A stretch of 64,000 nt of DNA, taken from positions 13,330,001 through 13,394,000 of the forward strand of contig NC_134474.1 in NCBI RefSeq assembly GCF_964194025.1, in the 5' to 3' direction. Each line of letters starts with the position of its first letter. Position 1 is the first letter of the stretch. Source of the stretch: Convolutriloba macropyga. Taxonomy: Eukaryota. The notes below the pieces were generated by a model, which saw only the letters and a program-made list of their open reading frames with translations, was not told the origin of the DNA and searched no databases. This document shows positions 39,400 to 50,330 of this stretch, one piece after another. The translations under genes were made by a program, and so were the position numbers.

Positions 39400-41510
39400 C
39401 ATTTTACGAACTACTCGTCAACATAAGACAAGCTGCAGAGCAAACTTATAGAACGGTGTTTTTCAATCGTTGATCTAATTTTGTCTTTGGAAGAAAAAGT
39501 ATCTGCTCTTTGATATTCCAATATATTGTAAAGTATCTTTATTTAAGCTTGTTTTGAAAATCAGCATTAGTGATTTAGGGCAATTTATTTAGAACTTTGC
39601 TTTTCTTTCGATGGGGATCGCAAGCTTTGTTTGTTTGGAGCTTTCTCAGATTTTTCGTATCTTTATTTCATCAGTTTCAAATCAAACGAAGCGTTTTTTT
39701 TCATAGATTTATTGTTGAATTTAGTGACCTTTTAGGAATACGCTTGAAAAAAATGCTGAATAATTTGTTTTGACCTAGATCGTCATTATTTTTTTGCTCG
39801 TTATATGTCAAGGTTTCGGGGTATCTTACGGACTTATGTAACAATTTTAAGTATTTTCTGACGATCAGAGAACCTATCTCGAAAAAATGGCTGTCGAACT
39901 CGGATTGTCTACATTAAGCGCAATGCTCTCACTTTTTTCAGTCCGCTTTAGTTTAATTTGCAGGCTGAGATCAGAACTTATTACAATTTTCTTCTCTGGG
40001 TTGAAGTGATTTTCATGAGTTGAGAAGTCCCTTTTGTGAAACAAAAAGAAAGATTGGATCTTTGAAAGCTTTTTATAGAGATATTGTGTTTAAGAGGTTC
40101 TTCGAGCCATTTATATCAATTTCTCTTAAGTTCATCAACACTGCTGTAGCAGTATGGGTTAAAAAGATGTTCTTCGATGTAACTCTTTAAATTTTCCTAA
40201 TTCACTTTTTGAATATATATCTGTGCTGTTTACATCTTTTCCTGATTTCTGTTTCCAGTTTGAGAGTGCCCGTAAAAACTGTGTGGTCAGGTTTAAAAGT
40301 TTTGATGAACTCATTGCTTTCACATTTGTTGATGATTGCAAATACAGAAATTTGTTAAGAAGACATTGAGTTTGTTGTAATCTTTCTTATTTGGGACTTC
40401 AAGGAAATTTAACGCCTAATAGTTTTCATTGATCTTACTTTCATATTCGAAGTTAGAGCTTTATGTTTAACATTTAGTGCTTTTGAAGACTATGTCTCCA
40501 GTAAACGTAAATATTTGACAGTTTTTGTTATTGGCGCTTTCCTGGTTTTTTATATGAGGGAAGTCGTTGATTAGTCACTGCATCTAAAAACCTGTTTTTT
40601 GGAGGTTTTTAAAGACTCAATACAATCGATGCATTCTTTGGCTTAACCATGATCGCAACATAGTCAATTTTCAGCTTAAGATCTATTCTTTCATGACGTA
40701 ACTTTGTTACCATCACAAGTACACCTCCATGTTTTGATTTATAATCAAGTGTTTTTCTAACCTTTTGTTGAATCGTATAATATTTATGAATTTCTCTTTC
40801 GGTACATCATCTCTTAGCCCTGTCTCCGTTGAAAAAAAATCTATTTTTTTGTTCAACTGCTCTAGAGTTCGCGAGGATTGCTCGTCTTTTCGCATCAAGT
40901 AAACTTCCTACCTTGAACGTTAATTGTTTCATCATAATTTTTAGTCATTCATTTTAGTGGTTCGCGTTTTGATCAACAAGGGTAGTTTCTGTATTGATGC
41001 AATTTTTGACAATTTTTTGCTGCATTTTGAAGCTTCTGAATCTTGTTTGGTTGTTCTGATGCCATTATTTATTATACTACGACGTTTTTGCAGTAATTCA
41101 TTTTCAGTTTTTCGTTCATCGGAATTGATTTTTCCACTAATGAAGACAGGGATTTTGTAGTCATCCATTTTCCTCAGTCATAGGAATTTTCATCTGTTGG
41201 CATAATCGCCATCAATTTTGGCTATGAAGGTGCGATCTTTTCCTTCACTAAATTTAACATGTTTTTCAAAATCAGTTACGTTACCAATTAAACTAAATTG
41301 CTTTGTGATGAAATTTATTTGTTTCAGATCGTTTTCATATCTTTCACGGCTGTTTTTGAAATTCAGTTCAGGAATGCATCTGAACCTTATTAAATGCTCT
41401 CCAACGAAGTTTGTAGCAATTATATTAGTCCTTTCGGTATTTTTTATGCGATTTTTTGCTTAAAGGTTCGTCATTTTTTGAGATGCTAATTTTTGAGGTC
41501 TCGTAATTTC
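39400..41510 (-). mobile_element. Heavily decayed CR1/L2-like LINE (ORF1 C-terminus, endonuclease, partial RT)
   Basis: 'PVFISGKINSDERKTENELLQKRRSII' (ORF1 CTD) and 'TGDIVF...NVFLTN' (APE remnant). Confidence 0.55.
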
Positions 41511-41514
41511 ATCC

Positions 41515-43100
41515 TGACATTCTAGAAAAATACTTGGAAGGTCATTCAAAAAGATGAAAAACAGAAACGGGTCAAGTACGGAACGTTGTGGTACTCCACT
41601 AGTGACCAAAATCGGATCAGAAAAATAACCATCAAGATTTACAATTTGGGAACGGTTCTCCAGATAGGAGAAGAATAGGGTACAGAGCTCCTCCTCGAAG
41701 CCAAAAAGGTTCAGTTTGGCGATTAGATTTTCACGCGGAACTTTGTCAAAGGCCATTTCATAGTCCAAGTAAATCGTAAAAAGGGTATGGGATTTATTGC
41801 TGTACAATGTTTCCATATAGTCGGTTAATTGCAGAACTGCATTTTTTCGTGACTGGAAGCCGAACTGTTTGGGATGGATTTGGTGTTTAAATAATTCATA
41901 AAGATAATTGAAAAGTAAGCGTTCAAAAATCAAAGAGACTATTGGAAGTAAACTGATATGGCGGTAGTTTTCGATGTTGGATTTGAAAAGCTTTTTGTGC
42001 AAGGGCCTAACATAGGCTACTTTCTAAATAGCGGAAAAAGATCGAGATTCAGCAATTGAGTGAAAGAGATAAGATAGCAAATCTGCAGACAGATGTGGAG
42101 TTAACTAAAGGAGAGAACAAGGCAAGAAATCATTCGTCACGTAAGTTGCTGTTTTTGTGTTCAATATCTCATCTAAGAACAAATCAGGTCTTATGGATGA
42201 ACTGAAAAACTTGATTTTGATTGACTCGGCTGGAGCAAGTGGATTGCGGACATATGAGTTTGCGCTGATTTTTTTTAAAGAAATTGTTGAAGCAGTTTGC
42301 GATAGCTATAGAATCTTCAAGCGCTTTGTGTTTACACAACATTTGTTTGGGATAAGATGAAGTTTTCAGGCAATGTAGTAAATCAAAACAATCGGGTAGA
42401 CATGTGGTCATTGAACCGTTAAAAAAGCAAACCTTATCCATTTCGAAAAACGATTCAAACTCCGAGGCAAGTCGAAATATTTGAGATCAGTTGCTTTTTG
42501 TTGGGTTCCGGGCAGCTCGTTTACGCACCGTATTCAATTGGTTTAAAGTGTGCATAGTTAACAAGCTATAATAGAATGGATTTGCTTTGCGTTTTGATCG
42601 CTTACGCTGGAAGTTAGTTCGGATGCTGTTACACAGAAAATTATAGAAAGTTGTTACGTCGCTGCTAATCGACGAGGAATCAAAATTGAAATAAGTCCAA
42701 GATTCAACAAATTTATTGAGATTTGTTGCCTTGTAGATTTGTTTTTGCTTGCGGACAATGGTAGATATACGCACATAAAAACAAGAGCTTCAGACGAATT
42801 GTCTACCGCGAAAGCAGTTCAAAAGTCACTTTTGAGAAGTTTAAGTTGTCGCGTTACTAAGTCATTTGAAGTCTTACGTAGAACAGCAAATCCCCCATGT
42901 TGACCCTTGAGTTTGTCAACTCTCGTACTAGCTCATACTGACCAAAAAGTTTGAAGTTATCACTCATTGTGGAGGAATCGAGCCAGGTTTCTGTCAGGAT
43001 TGCTGTTTCTATTTCGTTGAGTATGAGGTAATTCAGTAAAGCTGATTGTTTGTCCATAGATTTAAATTATTGAACAGTAAGTAGTAGTATGCGTGACCTC
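41515..43100 (-). pseudogene. LINE ORF2 (APE endonuclease plus RT) remnant
   Basis: 'ILTETWL', 'NYRHISLLPIVSLIFERL', 'QFGFQ', 'YLDYEMAFDKVP', 'TSGVPQRSVLDPFLFFIFLNDL'. Confidence 0.9.
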
Positions 43101-43129
43101 AAAGATTGTCTTTCGTTTGGCACAGTTGT

Positions 43130-43906
43130 GGTTACCGAATTTGCCGATGATTTCAGTTTCTCAGACAAGAGAGGTCGTCCAAATCAGCAGAGTCAATCTG
43201 CATGCCGTTATGAAATAACTTAAGATCTCTGAGTCTGAGCAAGTCCCGATCTATGCCAAGCTGAATCAACTCAAATCGTTTGTGAAGCAGATCTTTTTCT
43301 GTGAGCCGATCTTTGCAGCAGAGTTTTGGTATAGCGAGTGACAGTTGGATAAAGTTATACGGCGACCGTAGATCGAGGCTAGCTGGATTTTCACTGGGCG
43401 AGGCCTAACTTATGCCTCCGGTTTGCGTTTGCCAAGGCGGACAATGTTATTTATTTTTTCAGGAACAATTTTGAGCTTATCGCAAAAAGTTTGTACATTA
43501 GAATCATCTTGGGAGGATCTGACCTCGGCAATGTTGAATAGAACATTAGTCTCTTCAGCTTTGATGTCATAATCCCGCTCATCGAGGGTTCTTTTGACGG
43601 CATCGGCTTAGTTGGTGTGTTGACTGGAGCTCAGGCCTTGATGATTCAGGGCAACCGTTTCAATATTCACAAGTTTCCTTTCAATGAATTTGACTGCTTA
43701 AGCAGTTTCTGAGATGATTCCACTAAATTTTTCCATTTTTTTACAGTCATTCAATTGCGACAGGGTTTCACGAAGCAAACATTCCAGGGTACTCTCTTTA
43801 GCTTTTGATGTGAAAATCGATAATTCATTTGGGGCAGCGGCGAGGAGTTCGCTAATTGTGGGGTAATAGTCTTACTAGAGGTTGAACGGTTACGGTGTTC
43901 AGTCAT
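43130..43906 (-). pseudogene. LINE ORF1 remnant (coiled coil plus RRM-like/CTD)
   Basis: ATG at 43906; 'IVRLGKRKP..RPRPVKIQL', 'EKDLLHKRFELIQLGIDRDLLRLRDLKLF'. Confidence 0.7.
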
Positions 43907-43933
43907 TTTTAAAATGGGAAGGAAGAAGAAAAA

Positions 43934-44597
43934 TCACCAAACCAGCAAGTACCCTGTGGCACCTACTAGAGGAGACCTGCGGATACTTACTTTGAATGTG
44001 CAGTTACAGTGTTTGTAGAGACACTCGAACACCTGAGCGTTGTTTTCAATCGCTGCACCTTTATCGTACATCACCTTGTTCTTCATCACCTTCTTCTTCT
44101 TGTTCTTGATTGAATGCCTCGCGACCTTCGGCACTTAGGTGGTAACCGTTGTTACCCAAATGGTCCTCGCAGTAGATTTTTTCAGACACTCCCCGATACT
44201 TCCATCGACTTGACTGAGCAACCTTTCGAATTTCAGCGTTCACCGTGGATGCACGTGCGCGGGCGTCTCCGCGATGAGGAATACCAAGTACAAATACCGA
44301 ACTCGCGAGGTCACACAAGGAATCGGCAAGAAGAGCTAGTTCTTTGGCTATGTCTAAAGCTGGTACTGTTAAAGGTGTCCGTCGGTCGTAAACGTCGTTT
44401 CCACCAACGAAAAGTACAATAGTTTTATATTGGTTCTTTCGAGGATAGAAATTAGCTGTAACGTTTCCAATACGGGCTCCGGGGATAGATAAAATATTGA
44501 ATTTAGAAAATTGCAGATCTTTTGCTTAAGAGTCAGCTATCAAAAGGTTGTTAGAAGATGTATCTTTGAAGGTGTGAGATCTTTTCACAGTAGTCAT
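43934..44597 (-). pseudogene. SGNH hydrolase/esterase ORF (SGNH-B)
   Basis: Blocks I 'LLIADS*', II 'SIPGARI', III 'LFVGGND', V 'NGYH'; C-terminal 'ECLYKHCNC'. One stop and one frameshift. Confidence 0.85.
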
Positions 44598-44859
44598 AGG
44601 GGATAACCACGGCTATCTCAGTAAATCAATAATTATCTGAAACTCTATTTATCAATATTTATCTGAAAGGTATTTATCTGAAAGGTATTATCTTCAAGCA
44701 TGATAATACCTTAATCGCTGTCCAGGGATCTATTGTATACGTCTTAACTGGGATTACTTTGACGACCGAAATAGGGGGATTAAGGGATATAGAAATGAAC
44801 GGCGAAGGGCAGCAAGAAGGACCGTGGCCGCCGCACGGGGCCTATGGCTTTCTAACCAG

Positions 44860-45309
44860 AGAAAGAACCAACGACAACTGCTTTGCCGGGGACGCTCAGA
44901 ATCTTTGGGATGGCTTCTGCTGGCACTCTTGTTCGAATACAGGACCTTGTTTTTATTTGGCGATGCGAGGTTTCCTTTCCCTTTATCGTTAATGTGCACG
45001 TAGTAGTTACCAAACAACTGGGCATTCGACCAAACTGCGTAACTTATGCCGCGAAAATCCCAACTGTACTTGTCTGATTTCTCGCTTAATCGCTTGTTTA
45101 GTGTAAATTAGCGAAACAATTCGTGGTCCTGATAATTAGCTTGAAACGTTTCAAGTTCATCTTTCGGGGGCCAACGTGGGGGGATGCCAAAGACAAACAC
45201 CTTTTCAATAATTTTAAATGTTTTTTTGCTAAGTCGGCTATCATCGACAACTTCCTGTATGGTCAATTTGGAAGGGAGGTAACTGTTGTACAGGTCGTTT
45301 CCTCTAATT
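44860..45309 (-). pseudogene. SGNH-A, C-terminal part
   Basis: 'IRGNDLY', 'KVFVFGIPPR', 'WDFRGIS', 'YVHIN..G..NL..KNKVLY..HP'. Confidence 0.8.
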
Positions 45310-45332
45310 GTTGTGATAAACTTATTAAATAG
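45304..45332 (+). other. Spliced-leader-like 5' terminal motif (ctaattgttgtgataaacttattaaatag)
   Basis: 22/22 identity (45310-45331) to the reverse complement of 50305-50326; ends in AG. The SL identity is an inference. Confidence 0.55.
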
Positions 45333-45521
45333 AGTCAATATTAGCCAACGCCCCGAATGACTCCGAACAAATTTACAAACCGTGTGATTTCAGATCATTT
45401 GAAGCTAGGAACTATATCAATAAGACCACCGGTACCAGTTATTGGTTCCAACGGTTTATATCTATCTTTCCTTCAAGCCCCGTCCGTTCCTAGCTTGGAC
45501 GGGTGAATAAAAGAAGACTGA

Positions 45522-46140
45522 ATGCGATTTCATATCTTTAAAACTTCCAAGACCAGAAACATAATTTTTGCAGATTCCCAATTGAAACATCTCCGATTTC
45601 CAAATTTTAACATTCTATCACTTCCAGGAGCGCAAATTCGACATCTATCAGAAATCTTACCGGAAAAAAGGTAATACGACAATATAGTTTTATTCATTGG
45701 TGGAAACGACATCTTCACCGGCTCAACACCATCGAACAAAGAACCAGAAGTAACATGCCTTACTAGCCGAAGAACTTTTGCCCCTTGCGACAGAGAAAGT
45801 ATTTGTAATTGGCATCCCATCACGAGGAAGCGACAGTGCGAGTAAAAAGAAGGCCAAAGCAACAAACGAATTCATCAACAAATTACAAAAAAAGAGTAAA
45901 AAGTGGGAATACAGAGGCATCACTGAAGAAGTTTATTCCCCGGAATTACACTTGAGTAACGACGCCGTCCACCTCAACGGGAAGGCCTTTGGAGGAATCT
46001 GCTCCAAATTAAAGAACAAAATCCTACGCACAACTTTCAGCGCAAACATAGACAAAAAAGACCATCCAAAGGAATACCACTGTGCTGGGAACTGCGAGTG
46101 TGGTTCGTACAACCCCACGATTTACCAACGGTACCAGTAA
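45522..46140 (+). pseudogene. SGNH hydrolase/esterase ORF (SGNH-C)
   Basis: 'IIFADSQ', 'SLPGAQI', 'LFIGGND', 'NDAVHL' (DxxH), tail 'HPKEYHCAGNCECG'. One stop and one frameshift. Confidence 0.88.
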
Positions 46141-46228
46141 TTGGTTCCAAAGGTAAATAAGTTTTTCTTTCCCCAATTTTCCACCCGTTTAAACTTCGAA
46201 TTTTTCTATAAATCACACACACAACGGA

Positions 46229-47085
46229 ATGAGTTCCAAAATATCTGGTAAACAAATTCAATTAGAGGGTATGAGTATCCAATGTGAAACCTGTTCTAAG
46301 CCAATTGGTAAAAAAGAAGCAATCTTCCGTTGCGTATGCTCTGCCACAATCATGCACATGTCCCCAAGCTGCACAAAACTTAGCATCGAAATAATAAATG
46401 CACTTCAACAGGTCAATCAAAACGTTCTGCTTCTATGCAACGCTTGCGTACAGCAGAACAAACGTGATGTGATTCTGGACATCAAAAAAAGTCCACCACA
46501 AAAACAAAACAATCTAGAAATCAAATAGGACATTCAAACCACAATCAAAGAAACTATTAGCAGCAAAATAAATGAAATTGGGAATAAACTGCCAACAGCT
46601 AACAACAACATTGAAAAAACCCCACAGTAAAGGCTAGAACTGCAAATGACCTGGCAATCAGAATAAGAGGAATAGATGAAAGTAAGAAAGAAACCGCTCG
46701 TGAAAGAGCTGAAGAAGATATACAAGAAATACAGTCAATCCTCAAATTCCTCAAGCTAGACTGCCAAATTACGGACTGCAGGCGCATGGGTGCTTTCAAA
46801 GATGGAAGGCATCGTACCATTCTTGCAACCATGCCATGCATGTATGACAAACGCATCTTACTACTCTCACTCTCAAGATTGAAACGATATAGCAAAACAG
46901 TGTACATTAGCAAAGGCTACTCCCTACAAGAAGAAGAGCACTTGAATAACTGTCTGAAAAAGCGAAAAGACTTAATAGACGCAGGTTTCCCCAGAAAAAA
47001 CTTGAAAGTAATGAATCTGACATTATACGAAAAACAAGATGAAAATTGGGTCGAATACTTAGACAATGCTCGGTATTCCACCTGA
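46229..47085 (+). pseudogene. LINE ORF1 with N-terminal PHD finger
   Basis: 'CETC...CVC....H...C...LLCNAC' PHD-like pattern, coiled coil, 'RRMGAFKDGRHRTIL', 'LKKRKDLIDAG'; stops and frameshifts around 46490-46680. Confidence 0.85.
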
Positions 47086-47089
47086 CTCG

Positions 47090-50000
47090 CAAAAAATACA
47101 GACAAAAAACAAGAGGTATCATTTCTAACGTTTAATTTACATAGTTTCATTGATCTACCACGTAGATTTGCATTTGCAAACGCTATTGTCCCCTACAATC
47201 CAGACATTCTTTGCCTAACCGAGACATGGCTCACAGAAGAAGTTCCAAACGAAGCACTCTTTCTCAAAAGTTTTGTCATTCACAGAAATGACACAACTTC
47301 AAAATGCGGTGTCTCAAAACATGGAGGTGTTCTAGTGGCGGTAAAAGACAACATTCAATCTAAACAATTGTTTGTTAAGAACACATGTGAGGGTTGCCTA
47401 ATCGTAAAAATTAACACTAAAAATGACTCAATCCTATTGTCTGTATTTACAACCCACCTAAAAGCAGCCCATACAGATGGTGCAAGCAGAAGTTTGAAGA
47501 CCTCACACAAACGCTAAAGTTTTTAGAGAAGAAAACAAAGCCAAAATCAATCATCATTACAGGAGATCTCAACTTCTCAACCACTGACTGGAAACAAATG
47601 TCGTCACCAGATGAACTTGACAACACCTGGCTCAACTATTTCGTAGATGAAAATTTTGAACAAATGCTAAACTTCACTGACCTTTTGGGGTACAAAAAAC
47701 GGCTAGATGTCTTCCTAACAAACGAACCACAATTTTAGATCAATTCGAAAATCGAAGCCAAAATTAGTAATAACTATGCCCTCAACAACAAATAATGCTC
47801 AGATCATTACGCTTACATAACACGATACGAATGCAACTACGATCAAGCGACCGATCGCAGCAGACCAAAATACGCTTACAAAAGAATATATTGGATTAAA
47901 TTCAACTGCAACATCTCAAAAAACCCATTTAACCCCTATTGTTACAGTAACGTTGACGAACTTCTTAAACAATGATATGAATGGTTCAATCGCCTTTTCG
48001 ATCAAAAGGTCCCAAAAGTAACTCAGCACAGATCACAGCTCCCCCCGTAGGTGTCAAAATGCACATCCCATGAAATGAAAAAACTATCAACTTTGAAACG
48101 AAAAGCAATTGCCCATCCAAGTCCTGCTCCAAACACACTAAACAAAATAGATTGTCTCGAAGAAAAAGTCAACACACTTTGTAAAAACGATCAAGTCATC
48201 TATGAAAGCAAGATTTTCGCAACACGTCAATTCAGCTTTATTCAAAAATATTTACGATCAATTAAAAAAGTCACACCATTCCAAAGCGAGATGCACCTAA
48301 ATGAACAAACTGCTAACACCAATGAAGAGAAAGCCGAGTTGTTCAATTTATTTTTCCAGAGTGTTTTCAATTCAAAAACATCAAATATTGAGAACCAGTT
48401 CAATTTTGAAGAAAAAGATCCTAATCACTTTGATATTTCAGAAAAAGAAATTGAAAGTATACTAAACAAACTTGATACTAGTAAAGCCAACGGCCCTGAT
48501 GATATAAGTAACCTGTTTTTGAAAAATCTATCTAAAACATTAAGCAGATCCTTACTTCTACTTTTTCAAACATTCATTAACAAAGGTAAATTTCCAGCAT
48601 ATTGGAAACAAAGTGACATAACACCAATACACAAAGAGGGCGATAAAGCCACAATCAAAATGTATAGACCAATTATTTGCCTATGTTGCCTCCCAAAAGT
48701 TTTCGAGAAACTTATTTTCAACAAACTCTATGAGCACGTTAAAGGAACACTTCACGATTCCCATTTTTGTTTTCGGCCTCAACGTTAAGCAATTATTCAA
48801 ATGTTATGCTTTCTAGACCAACTGTACAAAGAAGTCGACTCAATTGAACATGATGAACTTTTCGTTTTCTACCTAGATTTCCAGAAAGCGTTTGATACAG
48901 TACCCCACCACCGCGTTAATGCAAAACTGTCGGAATCAGGGATCGGGGGAAAAGCGCTCAGATTAATAGCCAACTACTGTGACGACAGAAAACAACGTGT
49001 TCGCATTGGAACCTCAACGTCGAGCCTTCGTGACGTCACTAGCGGCGTACCGCAAGGTTCAATCCTGGGGCCACTACTTTTTCTCGTCTACATAAATAAT
49101 TTACCACAAAAAATCGAATACAGTCAAACCTACGGTTATGCAGATGATTAAAAATTGCTCTCTAATAACAAACATGAACTTCAAACTGATCTCCAGAAAT
49201 TAAATGAATGGTGCAATAACAACGAAATGCGCCTCCATGAAAACAAATGCAAGATCCTCTGTTTCAAGAAAAACTCACTCTTTACAATAAAAAATGAAAT
49301 TGTCAACATCTCGTCTCATCAAAAGATCTCGGAATACAAGTTTGTGATAACCTCACTTGGCATCAAAACGCAAGCACACGAGCCTCCAAAATTCTTTAAG
49401 CACTTTGGTACCTCGAAGAAATCTTCACCACAGAACTCTCCCTCAAGTTAAATTAAACGCATACACGGGTTACATTGTACCAATTATATCCTACGCCTGC
49501 CAAGTGTGGTATCCTTCTTAATGCGATCTAGTACTCATCGAAAGAATCCAAAAAAGTGCGACGAAATGGATAATAGGTTCTTCTCTCACATATAAGGAGC
49601 GTTTAGTCAAACTGAAAATTCTACCTCTGCCTTTTTACTTCGAACTTCACAGCTTATTACTACTATGTGATATCATAAACAATAAATACAACATTGCCAT
49701 AGAAAAGTTTATACATTTCAACAACAATAATCGGACGAGACAAGGCGCGAAATGTGAAATCAAACTTACGAAAAAACGATTATTCAAAAGCGACGAAAAT
49801 TTCTGGTCGAGAACAGCCTATCTCTATAATATTGTCAACAAACAGACAGACCTTACAGACAACAAAAATATAAAATATCGGATCAGCGACATTTATTGGA
49901 AATTCTTTTTTAGAAGTTTTAACGAAATTGACATGTGCACTTGGAGAATTTGCTGCCTGTGCAAAAACTGTAACCCCATTTCGAAAATATCTCATTTATA
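47090..50000 (+). pseudogene. LINE ORF2 (APE endonuclease plus RT)
   Basis: 'FLTFN', 'DILCLTETWL', 'TGDLN', 'SDH', 'GPDDI', 'YLDFQKAFDTVPH', 'SGVPQGSILGPLLFLVYINNL', 'YADD', C-terminal 'WRICCLCKNC'. Several stops. Confidence 0.93.
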
Positions 50001-50064
50001 ACGATCAACAAGGGTGCTTCAACCCGTGCATTGCAGAAGCCTGAACTACTAATACTACTACTAC

Positions 50065-50238
50065 AATTAGCAAAGCAATCCGGTCGTACTGGACAGGAGC
50101 TGGAAGAAATTGATGGACGTTTTCTACTCTGGCAGCAGGCAGCTATAGGACATTGATTTCAGGGTATTAGATGTGCTTCACTTAAGAATCTCCAATTAGG
50201 AGACCTTTGTTGTTAGATGATTTGAAGGTATATCTCAT
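50065..50238 (-). pseudogene. SGNH-A, N-terminal part
   Basis: 'MRYTFKSSNNKGLLIGDS*VKHI*YPEINVL*LPAARVENVHQFLPAPVQYDRIALLI'; joins 'RGND' at 45305 in frame. Confidence 0.8.
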
Positions 50239-50303
50239 ATCACATACACGCAGGTCTCCAAAAAACTTCGATTGAAGGTACTCCACACCACGCGTTTGAA
50301 GAC

Positions 50304-50330
50304 ATATTTAATAAGTTTATCACAACCATT
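50304..50330 (-). other. Spliced-leader-like 5' terminal motif of the older LINE
   Basis: Reverse complement reads 'aatggttgtgataaacttattaaatat', ~70-90 nt upstream of the SGNH-A ATG. Confidence 0.5.

Larger units (their letters stand above)
41515..45309 (-). mobile_element. Older SGNH-bearing LINE, 3' part (its 5' part lies at 50065-50330); truncated just before YADD
   Basis: Minus-strand order: SGNH-A (C part), SGNH-B, ORF1, APE, RT. Confidence 0.8.
45310..50064 (+). mobile_element. Apparently full-length three-ORF CR1/L2-like LINE (SGNH, PHD-ORF1, APE-RT) with (TAC)n tail and AATT flanking duplication
   Basis: Flanks AATT at 45306-45309 and 50065-50068; tail 'actactaatactactactac' at 50045-50064; three ORFs in series. 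Confidence 0.92.

Noticed and set aside
43971-43981. 11-bp complementarity (ggagacctgcg) with ~50249-50259 as a long-range RNA pairing
   Set aside because: Short enough to arise by chance at this scale, and there is no covariation evidence.
45106-45120. 'aattagcgaaacaat' resembles the LINE right flank 'aattagcaaagcaat' (50065) as a long TSD
   Set aside because: It lies inside continuous SGNH-A coding sequence; the AATT junction at 45309 gives an in-frame rejoin and coincides with the leader motif.
45470-45520. HDV-like or hammerhead ribozyme in the LINE 5' UTR
   Set aside because: Only one stem; the nested double pseudoknot or CUGAUGA/GAAA core could not be built.
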